Part shown: one piece after another, positions 33,801 through 64,000 of the stretch
How positions within the stretch are numbered: position 1 is the first letter of the stretch
Layout of the letters: every line of letters begins with the position of its first letter
Source: Macrostomum lignano
Taxonomy: Eukaryota
Assembly (NCBI GenBank): GCA_002269645.1
Contig: NIVC01001458.1
Location: 1-64,000, forward strand
DNA length: 64,000 nt
Reading direction: 5' to 3'
Notes under the pieces: model-generated
Told to the model about the DNA's origin: nothing
What the model saw: the letters and a program-made list of their open reading frames with translations, nothing else
Database searches by the model: none
Translations under genes and position numbers: made by a program

Positions 33801-35419
33801 GGGCTGGGAATGGGGCTGGGAATGGAGCTGGGAATGGAGCTGGGAATGGGGCTGGGAATGGAGCTGGGAATGGAGTTGGGAATGGAGCTGGGAATGGAGC
33901 TGGGAATGGGGCTGGGAATGGAGCTGGGAATGGAGTTGGGAATGGGGCTGGGAATGGGGCTGGGAATGGGGCTGGGAATGGGGCTGGGAATGGAGCTGGG
34001 AATGGGGCTGGGAATGGGGCTGGGAATGGAGCTGGGAATGGAGCTGGGAATGGGGCTGGGAATGGGGCTAAATTAGTACTAAACTCGGCATTCGCTTCTA
34101 TGACAAACCTAAAAGTCATGCATGCAGACCTGCTTCATTCCCGCAGCTCGGCCCCCAAGGCCTGAAGGTGCCGGAGGAGCTGTACCTCACCGAAGGTCTG
34201 GTCGGCTGTGACGACGCCGTTGAAATTGAAATCGGCTTCAACGAGAAGAAGACAGTCGGGATCGATGTGCAGCAGCCCGGCTCGCTGCTCAAGTATGAGG
34301 GTGACCAGTCTGGGATGTGGGAGGGCTAAAGAATCTAGGATCTGGGAGGGACGCAGCCTAATTTACAGGCACGCCCCGCCCCGCAGGTACGAGTTCAGCA
34401 CCAAAGGCTACGACATTGCCTTCGGCATCGATCTGGTGGCGCCAGCTGACGCCTGTCAGAACGGCGCCAAAACTCGGCGCCACGTCCTACCAACAGCCAG
34501 GTACAACTCGCACATGGCGCCCGAGGTTGGCACCCTGTTGTGCGAGACTGCCGGCCTCTGTGAGTCGCCCTCCATTAGAGTAGTTCAAACATAGCGAACC
34601 ATTTTTCATGAGCTCTGGCGTCTGAGAAGTTCTCATTCCCCTTTAGGATTGAATTGGGTTTGGGCAGAGGAGGAAGGGTTGGTGGCTGTCTAATTGCCGC
34701 GGAGGATGGGGTGGGGTCTAAGGAGAAATAAAATTTGGCAATTTTTAATTGCCGCGGAGGATGGGGTGGGGTCCAAGGAGAAATAAAATTTGGCTGTCTA
34801 ATTGCTGCGGAGGATGGGGTGGGGTCTAACAAGAAATTAAATTTGGCTGTCTAATTGCCGCGGAGGATGGGGTGGGGTCCAACGAGAAATTAGATTTGGC
34901 TGTCTAATTGCCGCGGAGGATGGGGTGGGTCTAACGAGAAATTAAATTTGGCCGTCTAATTGCCGCGGAGGATAGGGTGGGGTCTAACGAGAAATTAGAT
35001 TTGGCTGTCTAATTGCCGCGGAGGATGGGGTGGGGTCTAACGAGAAATTAAATTTGGCCGTCTAATTGCCGCGGAGGATGGTGTAGGGTCTAAGGAAAAA
35101 TAAAATCTGGATTTCTAATTGCCGCAGAGGATGGGGTGGGTGTCTTTTTATTTTCCCAATTAGCTTTAGAATCTAAAAAGTAGTCTTAGCATTTGAGGAT
35201 TCAAGGAACCGTGAATTCCATTAGCTAGACTATTTTTTTAAGATAATCCCCGAGATAAATGCAAAGCTAACCAATCCAAACCCCAAACCAGACGAGCTGG
35301 TGTTCGACAACAGCTTCAGCTGGACCCGAGGCAAGCGGCTGCTCTACCGGGCTGAACTGCTGCCGCATGTGCAGGACGCCGAGACCAGCGCCGAGATTGA
35401 CCGGATGCGCTCGGCCTAG
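30834..35419 (+). CDS. SEC14L2/3/4-like lipid-binding protein (CRAL-TRIO + GOLD), about 413 aa (exons 30834-30851, 30924-30986, 31061-31183, 31983-32301, 33211-33291, 33381-33464, 33548-33654, 34147-34292, 34387-34559, 35292-35419)
   Basis: Motifs DLSPEKQ; [18 protein letters not shown]; [14 protein letters not shown]; [29 protein letters not shown]; FPAAYGG; GOLD motifs YDIAFG and FDNSFSW. All junctions are GT-AG with consistent phase. Confidence 0.9.
31505..31958. repeat. 22-bp minisatellite (GCACACCCCAGCTTCGGCACAT), SEC14L intron 3
   Basis: Direct periodicity. Confidence 0.93.
32338..32930. repeat. 17-bp minisatellite (GGGGCTGATAAGGGTGT), SEC14L intron 4
   Basis: Direct periodicity. Confidence 0.95.
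33657..34069. repeat. 12-bp minisatellite (GGGAATGGRGCT), SEC14L intron 7
   Basis: Direct periodicity starting within the donor GTGAGCTGGG. Confidence 0.96.
34685..35140. repeat. About 53-bp minisatellite (GGCTGTCTAATTGCCGCGGAGGATGGGGTGGGGTCTAACGAGAAATTAAATTT), SEC14L intron 9
   Basis: About 8 direct copies. Confidence 0.9.
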
Positions 35420-35784
35420 TTTGCGATTATTGCTACTGCCACTAACAGTGTATGTATAAGCAAATTGTCGATTTTTTAATATTTATTTGAATATTTCTTG
35501 TCGACATTTACCAAACAAATTATAAAAAAGCATAGTGGATGCTTGTTAACACAACTTTTAAGATCCTTGTTACTTTTAGGGTCGATTTTTATAGTCTCTA
35601 TTGTATTATTATTGAAATTTCCTATGGTTTTACTCGTATAATTATATTTCAAGATTAACTGAAATAAAAATGAGTGCAGGAGTATTGCACAACAGTGTTT
35701 TGTGTCATACATTTTTTCGTATTATGATTTCAAGCTTCCATCAAAAGGGCTTATTAATAATGGTGGCGGCCTAGCTGCTAAAAG

Positions 35785-36255
35785 ATCAAAGGGAGTGGAG
35801 GTGGCGGCTCACTCGAAGATCAAAGGGAGTGGAGGTGGCGGCTCACTCGAAGATCAAAGGGAGTGGAGGTGGCGGCTCACTCGAAGATCAAAGGGAGTGG
35901 AGGTGGCGGCTCACTCGAAGATCAAAGGGAGTGGAGGTGGCGGCTCACTCGAAGATCAAAGGGAGTGGAGGTGGCGGGCGGCTCACTCAAAGATCAAAGG
36001 GAGTGGAGGTGGCGGGCGGCTCACTTGAAGATCAAAGGGAGTGGAGGTGGCGGCTCACTCGAAGATCAAAGGGAGTGGACGTAGCGGCTCACTCGAAGAT
36101 CAAAGGGAGTGGAGGTGGCGGCTCACTCGAAGATCAAAGGGAGTGGAGGTGGCGGGCGGCTCACTTGAAGATCAAAGGGAGTGGAGGTGGCGGCTCACTC
36201 GAAGATCAAAGGGAGTGGAGGTGGCGGCTCACTCAAAGATCAAAGTGAGTGGACG
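35785..36255. repeat. 34-bp minisatellite (GAAGATCAAAGGGAGTGGAGGTGGCGGCTCACTC)
   Basis: Direct periodicity; intergenic. Confidence 0.94.
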
Positions 36256-37149
36256 TGGCACAAAAGCGAGAACAAAGACTTTTTAAACTTTTTCTCAGCA
36301 GGGCAAGACATCCAAATGTGACCAAATCTTGCAGTTGATTGCAAATTTATTTACACCAAACAAATTTATAATCAAATTTAGTTTTGAACATAATAGTTTT
36401 TAATAATATGGCAACAAACAATAAACTGAAAGCAACTTAGGAAAATAAAATAACAAAAAACTTCGTGCTTGGATTATTAATCAAAGGTGCTTTCGCTCGG
36501 AAAATTTGAGTTACGCTCGTAATAAGCAGAATAAACAGAAGATAACAGAGGAACTTCGGGTCCATCATCAGCTTAAAAAGCTTTACGATTGCGTCTGTCT
36601 GAAAAGCTGTTTGTTTAACTCATATTATTCATTTTTAGAAACATTCGAGTCCCTAAATTTTCCGGATTTCACAAGACGCAAAAGTTGTTTCAGCAGGCGT
36701 AAAATCGAATGTTGAATCGAGCGAATGAACGGCAAAAATTGATTCCGTGGGAAAAACATACGAGCGTACTTAAATTAGACACCAACTAAACTTGACAGAA
36801 GCATTGAGACTGTCTAAAAATTATATTGCACAGAAGTAACCAGAATCGTTCGTTCTAGAGGAGGATTAAAAGTTGATTAGATATTGCTTCAGACGACAGC
36901 TAAGCGTCATAATACTAGGAAACGAAAAAATGATACCGATAAAAGGTTATTCAATGTCTTAATTAGTTGATTCGACTCAGTCACCTGCAATCACGTGGCA
37001 AGAAATTAAAAAGCGACCACGTTAGAAAATCAAATATAATAATATTGCAACGGGAGCTTTAGACAGATTTTTGTTTCGGCACGGATTGACCACTCCGGCT
37101 TGTTTTTTAACTAGTTATTAAATCGAATTAATTGCCGCTAAAGGTGGAG

Positions 37150-37800
37150 GGGTGGGTGGGTGTCTGCATAATTGCCGTGGAAAGGTGTTGGTGCCTAATT
37201 GCGGCGGAGAGGTGGGTGTCTGCATGATGGCCGTGGAGAAGGGGTTGGTGTCTGATTGCGGCGGAGAGGAGGGTGTCTGCATAATTGCCGTGGAAAGGTG
37301 TTGGTGCCTAATTGCGGCGGAGAGGTGGGTGTCTGCATGATGGCCGTGGAGAAGGGGTTGGTGTCTGATTGCGGCGGAGAGGAGGGTGTCTGCATGATTG
37401 CCGTGGAGAAGGGGTTGGTGTCTGATTGCAGCGGAGAGGAGGGTGTCTGCATGATGGCCGTGGAGAAGGGGTTGGTGTCTGATTGCGGCGGAGAGGAGGG
37501 TGTCTGCATGATTGCCGTGGAGAAGGGGTTGGTGTCTGATTGCAGCGGAGAGGAGGGTGTCTGCATGATGGCCGTGGAGAAGGGGTTGGTGTCTGATTGC
37601 GGCGGAGAGGAGGGTGTCTGCATGATGGCCGTGGAGAAGGGGTTGGTGTCTGATTGCGGCGGAGAGGAGGGTGTCTGCATGATGGCCGTGGAGAAGGGGT
37701 TGGTGTCTGATTGCGGCGGAGAGGAGGGTGTCTGCATGATGGCCGTGGAGGGGTGGGTGTCTGATTACCGTGGAGAAGGGGTTGGTGTCTGATTGCGGCG
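37150..37800. repeat. 57-bp minisatellite (GGGTGTCTGCATGATGGCCGTGGAGAAGGGGTTGGTGTCTGATTGCGGCGGAGAGGA)
   Basis: About 11 direct copies. Confidence 0.94.
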
Positions 37801-39409
37801 GAGGGTGGGTGTATAATTGTGGTGGAGGAGGCGTTGTGTGTCTGTTATAGTTATAGCCTGTACACCAGTTATTACAACTTTAATCTAAATTAAGTAGAGT
37901 TCACCGAACAAAGCGTGTCAAAATCAAACTGCAGGGCAAGTCAAAAATAAAGCAAGCGAAAAAACAACATTTTATTGGAATAACAGGGTGTAAAAAATAT
38001 GCTTATGAGTAGTACGTGCGTATGCATGGGGCAGACAAAACGGAACGGAAGCATTCGACACAAGAGTTACAGCAGAACGAGGTTTAACGAGGAGTCATAA
38101 CAATCACCAAAGGAAAATTATATAGAAAAGGAGGGTTTCTATTTCAACAACAAAAAGGAAAATATTTGCTGTCAGCACACTATATAATATGCATAATACT
38201 TGTATAATAAAGATAATCCGTATTGCTGGTCTGCTTAATACTGCCGTTATATGTTGTCCGGGGAATATGATTCACAATTTCTGGTCTTTAAAGAACATGA
38301 ATATATAAAACAAGAGAGCGCATAAGTAAGAAACTAATAAATAACATTAACAATGTGTGTACAGAATGTGCGGAAAAGCAGACCAATCAAGGGATGGTAA
38401 CGAATCATCTTATCTATTGCAGGGGCAGCAGCAGTTTGCAATATAAAAGCAGCGAATTGCACAGACAAGTTCAACGAGACTACACTTAATAATAAAATTA
38501 ATACTTATCATAGGGACGTGGGAGAAAAAAGCTGATTAAAACAATCGTAAGGGTCGGCAAGGAATATTCAACACAACAGATTGCACTAATTTTAATCAAT
38601 TTATTTTCAAGTTCATCTACTAATAGTAGCAATCAGCAGCTTTAGCTGTTAAATGATTCATGCACAGCTCAGATATGCTAAACAAACAACTAGATGCGAC
38701 ACTGTTTATGTCACCTCTATTCAGTAGTAGCGAGTAAAGAAAGCGGCAGCCATTACTTTGTTGGTTTAAAAACCAGACTATATCTTTTTGATCAGAGCGG
38801 CAGTAATGTACGGTAGATTTGCCCCCGCCGTGTGTGGCAGACAATTTAAATTGGAAGCTTAAACTCCGGGAGGGAGGGAGCTGGAAGGATGATCAATTAA
38901 ATGGGGTAAGAAAATTAATGTACATTATTCAGTAGGACAGACAGTACATAGGAGGCTTAGGCCCGCGGCGTGGGGAGGTAGGACAATAAAATAGAATACA
39001 GGGAATCCGTGTACATAATGTACACGATAATGTACATAGCAGGCTAACTCTGAGGCGTGAGAAAGGAGGGCAATAAAATGAGGAGGGGGTTAGTGAAGTA
39101 ATCGGAGGTGCGATAAAGTTTTCGTGGAACAGCGCGAACGATTAAGCAGATGATCAGATGAACCCAGTGCCAGGGATTCTGAAGCTAAGAGAGAGAAAAT
39201 ACTACTGAATTTTAAGTAGTTTAGCTGCGCATAAAAGCTTAGCTTAGTGCCACATCTAGCTATTTTAGCATTTGCAATCGATGTAAAAATAAAACTGATG
39301 AATGCAAAACATAAAAGGAATACAAACGCTGGAGACATCGAATGAACCATTTCGATGGAGTGTTGAAATGCTCGACTAAACAGAACAGAACGGCAGCGGA
39401 TCAGTGCGA

Positions 39410-56651
<17,242 letters not shown>

Positions 56652-56654
56652 CCG

Positions 56655-56694
<40 letters not shown>

Positions 56695-57536
56695 GTGGTT
56701 CGGCAAACCTGCATAACACGCGGTCCGGGGTGGGTTGAGCTGTTGAACTCAATTCGAAATTGGCAGAGAAGCAGACAATCAGAGTCGGACTCAGAGAGGT
56801 GAGAAGGGGAAACTATAATATCGATTTCCCTGATTGCACACGCTACTGACAGTTCGATCTGGGGGGGGGGGGGGGGGCCGCTCGCTTGCCAAGGAATCAA
56901 GGATTGCGGGTGGCCTTAGCTAAGTTCTAGGTAAGAGAATGGCCTTTGAGCATTTCCTCCACTCCCCGTCCCGGTTTTTGTTCCTTCTTTTTATTCCCCT
57001 TTCTTTCCCCTTTTCTTTTTCACCCCCACCCCCTCCTCCGAGTTGCTCAACCCCCCTCCGTGGGGGAGCTTCATGACTGGCGGGCAGCGCCTCTCTGCAG
57101 TATTTTTACACAAACAATGCGGCGGCACCAGGGCCGCTCTGAGGGGAGGGAGGCGCTGTGTGGTGGGGCCAATGTCCAATGGAAGCTTTAGACTCGGGCT
57201 GGGAAGAGTAACAGGAGGGGGGAGAACAAAGAGAAACGAATCACTGGGCGCGGAAAGAAGAAAGAAGGCAAATTGAAGTGGTTAAGATTACTAAAACAGA
57301 AGACACTGAAGAGCGAGCTATATTAAAAAATGCAAGGGTATTTTCGAGATTCGATTCGATCTTTCTCAATTCGACACTACTGCTGCCGAAGGACTGAGAG
57401 CTCTCAAGGCTTCTCTCAGGTTTCGCACACGCACAAATTGGTCCAATCAGAGGCGGGTGCGTGCGAGGGGCAACCCACCTCCCACAGGGGGGAAAAGTGA
57501 CCTGGGAGCGGATTGAAAGGATATAAAAAATGGCAA

Positions 57537-59285
<1,749 letters not shown>

Positions 59286-60409
59286 CGGCATCCATCCATC
59301 TAGCGGGCAAACCGAAACGTGAGGTGTGAAGCCGAGACAAGAAGCATGCCATGCTAACATAAGTCAAAAAACAGACAAACAGACACTTCGTGGGTCAGGC
59401 TTTATCAACCCTCTGTCCTCCCATACCCACCGCAGTTGAACAAATCAGATTCTTTGTATTCCTTCTTTCCGTCTGAGATCCCCACCGCCAAGATGCTCTT
59501 ATCTCCTGGCTGGATTGGGCTGTTGATTCTCACAGAGGCTGCCTGAGCAAAGAGAAGCGCATGGGCATGGCGGCAATATAAATATAGTGGCGAGCAAGGG
59601 GAGGAATAGCTCAAGGGAATCTCATGCTTGGAAGAGGGGAGATTGAGATATATATACAGAGAATATATAAGCCGTGGCACAATAGGAGCCCGATTCGTAT
59701 ACAAACAAGTCTTGAGATTGCGAATCCAGTCTTTCTACCCATACTGTATGCTGTACAGGCCGTTCCCGTGCTTAGCTGAGCATCTCCCCCCCCCTCAATA
59801 TAGGATCTCAGAAGGACTCAAAAGCTGCTTGACCGCATACTTCGTGGGACCGGTGCAATTCAACAGATAAGAAGTGTCTATCTATCCAATCTGTCTGAGT
59901 CAAACAGGACCTCGAAACCTGGCATTTGTCCCAATAAAACTTTGAGATCAATCGTCATCTAGACAGTATTTATTTATAGTCAGCATTGATATTGCGGCTT
60001 GACAGAATTGTGACAGTTCTCAAATAGAAATTGTCAGAAGCAAACGCGCACCTGTCTTATTCTATAGCATTTATCTTATAGGGCGTCGGCTACCAATCTC
60101 AATGGACTTTGAAAAAATGGGCCACGATATGCATCCAGCATGAGCAGTCAGGGGTTTCTTTAAACCTCAATTCACAGCTGATTTCTTTGGGGGTGGGGGC
60201 TGTTTCAGCTTATAGTATACAATTGGTACACTATTTTGGGCATCTGTTGTACTGCATTTGTTTGCGCAGGTATGTGTAGGTATGGCACGACAATGTATGG
60301 CAACACCTCCACCATTACCTATAACTTTAATCTTCCCCAAAGCTAACCGTAACCCAGGGGCGGAACCTGGATTAGGGGCTGCATCACGAGGACGGGATCA
60401 TGAGGGCGC

Positions 60410-61128
60410 CAGCTGCCAGCACCAGGGGCGCCAGCACCAGGGGCGCCAGCACCAGGGGCGCCAGCACCAGGGGCGCCAGCACCAGGGGCGCCAGCACCAG
60501 GGGCGCCAGCACCAGGGGCGCCAGCACCAGGGGCGCCAGCACCAGGGGCGCCAGCACCAGGGGCGCCAGCACCAGGGGCGCCAGCACCAGGGGCGCCAGC
60601 ACCAGGGGCGCCAGCACCAGGGGCGCCAGCACCAGGGGCGCCAGCACCAGGGGCGCCAGCACCAGGGGCGCCAGCACCAGGGGCGCCAGCACCAGGGGCG
60701 ACAGCACCAGGGGCGACAGCACCAGGGGCGACAGCACCAGGGGCGACAGCACCAGGGGCGCCAGCACCAGGGGCGCCAGCACCAGGGGCGCCAGCACCAG
60801 GGGCGCCAGCACCAGGGGCGCCAGCACCAGGGGCGCCAGCACCAGGGGCGCCAGCACCAGGGGCGCCAGCACCAGGGGCGCCAGCACTAGGGGCGCCAGC
60901 ACCAGGGGCGCCAGCACCAGGGGCGCCAGCACCAGGGGCGCCAGCACCAGGGGCGCCAGCACCAGGGGCGCCAGCACCAGGGGCGCCAGCACCAGGGGCG
61001 CCAGCACCAGGGGCGCCAGCACCAGGGGCGCCAGCACCAGGGGCGCCAGCACCATGGGCGCCAGCACCAGGGGCGCCAGCACCAGGGGCGCCAGCACCAA
61101 GGGGCGACAGCACCAGGGGCGCCAGCAC
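60410..61128. repeat. 15-bp minisatellite (GCACCAGGGGCGCCA), about 48 copies
   Basis: Exact periodicity; source of the GAPGA/STRGA/WCWRP ORFs. Confidence 0.97.
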
Positions 61129-64000
61129 GGCTCACCCCTGAATACTATCACAATGTATGGCGCCACCCAGACCGCTATGTATCGGGCCACAATAGCTATA
61201 CATTTCCTTCCCCTAACTATAATTTCGACATGCATTTCCAAGGCGGAAGGTGTACGGGACAATCAGGAAAATTAAAATAGACGATTGACTTAAGCGATGT
61301 CTCAATAATTGTGTTTTTGGTGTTTTTAACAACTGTAAAATGAGCAACTGCACAAAAAGACCCATTAACTATATAGGTAAAACTACTTCAAAGAGACTCA
61401 ATTGAATTACCTCATTTTAATAATATAAGTACCTTCACTAACATAGTCTAGTCACATCACAATGTCTTATAAAGTTATGGTCTAATAATTAAAATAACGT
61501 CTTAACCATTCTACAGAATTTTATAGTAGTGGACATTGTTAGACGCGATACTCAAGCGAGATTAAAGCCGACAACAGTCTGAGCCTGACTGTCTGGCCTC
61601 TGAACTCAATAGAAAAAAAACTAATAATACAGCCATTGTTGTGGGCCTCAGGTCGTCCACTCGTCCGTTGTCGACCTTTTTTCATTCTAATTGTATATAC
61701 ATTATAATCCCCACAGTCCGCCCCACCCCGTGCCCGCAGCTCGGCGAGTGACTGACAAGCTGCGGTCACTCATGGTCTGTGATGATGAAGGAGGATGCTG
61801 GGTGTGTCCTGAGCGACGAATCCCCAGACGACACGATGATGATGAGAGAAAGGAGTTGAACAAGCAATAGAAAGAGAAAGGTTTATAATTATTATAAGAG
61901 CTGCATTGCATGCGCAGAAATCTTGTGCTAGAGTTGTTGTTGTTGGCCACAAAAGGTGTGGCGGTTGACAATAGAAGAAAGCAAGGCTTTGACGAAAGAA
62001 AGGTAAGAAAGTCTCGAAGCCTGCAGCTAATGCTCCAGGTATATCTGAGGTGGCTGCGGCTTGAGAGGGAATATTATAACACGCACCTAATGCCTTCGCC
62101 GTGTCCCGTGGTGGCAGTTCAACCGACCTACCTTATCCGACCCTCGATCCACCTGACTCCCTGCATCGTTCCCGCGCCGCATGCTGCTTCATCCGATTGA
62201 GCTCTGAGAGAGTCTGAGATTTTTAAAAAAGAGATCGACCAACCCCGCCCCCTCGCCGTCAAGATTGCATTCATTTGGCGCAGGGCTCATTGTCTGGCTG
62301 CCTGCACAGCCTCTCTCCCTTTTATTTTGCGTCTTTTGTTACTGAGTGAGAGTTAGAGAGTTGACATGCCGATGAAGTGGCTGTAGGGCTTATGATGATG
62401 ATGGCGCCGCCCATTATTAATTGTGTGTGCTGTGTGTGTGCGTGTAACTATGCGCTGACACTGGCTTGGGCCCGCCTCTCTTCCCGCCCAGATATAGGCC
62501 TGTATATATAAGGATTTTCAATAGACTTTCAATATAAGGTCCTCCCCTCTTTGTTGTTGCAGAAAAGTGGGGATTTAGTGAAGAAAGGTCGAGAGAACGA
62601 GAGAGTTTTCGAGGCGACAGCCGGCAGGTATGTAGGCTATATGTGATGCGGTTTTCCGAAAGTGTCAAATTCAAACGTTGATTTACTGAAAATAAAAATA
62701 ATTAACAGGTTAACAAAGCCACTTTTGTTTAATTGGCTATTTTTAAAAAACTATTTTCCGGCTTTGGTTCGAATTTCAAATTAGCATGGACTATTGGACC
62801 TTTAGATCGCAGAGGCTTTCCCGAATTTCCAGGAACCGAACTAAAGAAACCCTACCCGCCGGCGGGTAGCAACTACAAAAATTTGCTTTATCGCAGATCA
62901 GATTGTTACTCGTACTCACCCCTGTTGTTTAGTCTCGGCTCGAGGTCCGGAGCAGGCGGCACAATACAGTACACTCGAAAATATATATTGCACACAGCAA
63001 TCAAAGTCGAATATTGATTGGGTATAATTCCTCTTGGAAAATGTCTTTGAATTACTCACTTTGCCTATCGATTACTGGGCTAGACGTGGGCTAGAAAATT
63101 CCAAGCCAGAAATTTTATTGTTCAAATAAAAGAAAATAACACTTTTTAGTCGAATTTTGCCCGGTGAATAAAAAATAGACTTGGGCTTGCGGCCTTTTGG
63201 TGGTTGTTCGCCTAGAAAGTGAGAGTAGAGAGAAGAAAAATAAAAAGAAACAATTCTATTCTGGTCTAGGACTGACTCACTAAGAAAAGAGAAAATGGAA
63301 TGTGTTCTAGCCAGAAGAAAGAAAAACCTGTTTTGCCTTGTTCAAAATAGCTCACGCAACTGTTGTATTCGGTTCTGTCTGTATCGTTCGCTCGCTCGTT
63401 CGCTCTTTTTAGTCTTGCTGCCCCTCCCCCAAAGTCTGAACAGGCTTCGCTCGGGGTGGCAAAATGCACAATAAACAATTGGTTGGAAGGAAGAGGGCGC
63501 TCGCTTTAGCGGAGAGAAGAGTGCCATTAAGCTACACAAGGCTAAGGCTTATACAGCGACACCCAGCCGCAGTGAGGCCTTTACAATTGTATTCAACCTG
63601 ACCCCCTCATCCTAATGTGGCGCACAAAATGTTCTCCCCCTCCATTATAAGAGACTATATGAACTGGTTGGGGGGGACGGGGGGTTGTGGATTGGCGCAC
63701 CAGACTAAGGCCATAAAACGAGCCAAAGTAAAGAGTGGAGAAAGGCTACAAGTACACCCACCCCAAAGTTGGCGCGCGGGCCCCTTCTATTCTGTCCTTA
63801 TCAGTGGGGGAAGGGTTTAAGTGTCGGGTGGGGTGGAAAGGGTTGAGGGGTGGGGCAAAGGCAGAGAATAGCGGAGTGAGGGGTAGGGGTCCATTATTAA
63901 AATTAAGTATACCCACCCGCTGCTACTAAAATTGGCGAGACGGGGCTAGAAAAATAAGGGCTGATGCTGCCAGCGCAAGCAGTCAGTCCCACCCAGCCGT

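Noticed and set aside
62260-62310. Sox autoregulatory sites (CATTGT; also ACAATG near 52752)
   Set aside because: 6-bp motifs are expected by chance many times in 64 kb, and there is no conservation evidence.

Overview
Eukaryotic (metazoan) genomic DNA with GT-AG introns, GC-rich exons and very dense intronic minisatellites. The style suggests a flatworm such as Macrostomum, but that is inference only. In order, the window holds: (1) the end of a near-homogeneous 118-bp satellite (about 61 copies, 1-7261); (2) a small orphan 2-exon gene; (3) a Crypton-type tyrosine-recombinase element (ORF 11063-12184); (4) four + strand genes: ZNF593/Bud20, a ZDHHC4-like palmitoyltransferase, a Schlafen AlbA_2-domain (SLFNL1-like) gene and a SEC14L2-like CRAL-TRIO/GOLD gene; (5) a large - strand SoxD gene (CDS 56651 to 39410). 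Several MITE-like elements and over 25 tandem repeats are also present. The most notable observations are an 832-bp near-perfect inverted copy of the SoxD HMG exon's 5' part inside SoxD intron 1, a satellite unit that shares an ATATTGACAG end motif with neighbouring unique segments near the recombinase, a Schlafen domain that appears to lack its catalytic acidic motif, and small TIR elements with CCAY-like ends. Exon coordinates were derived by hand from splice signals and frame continuity. No database searches were run.
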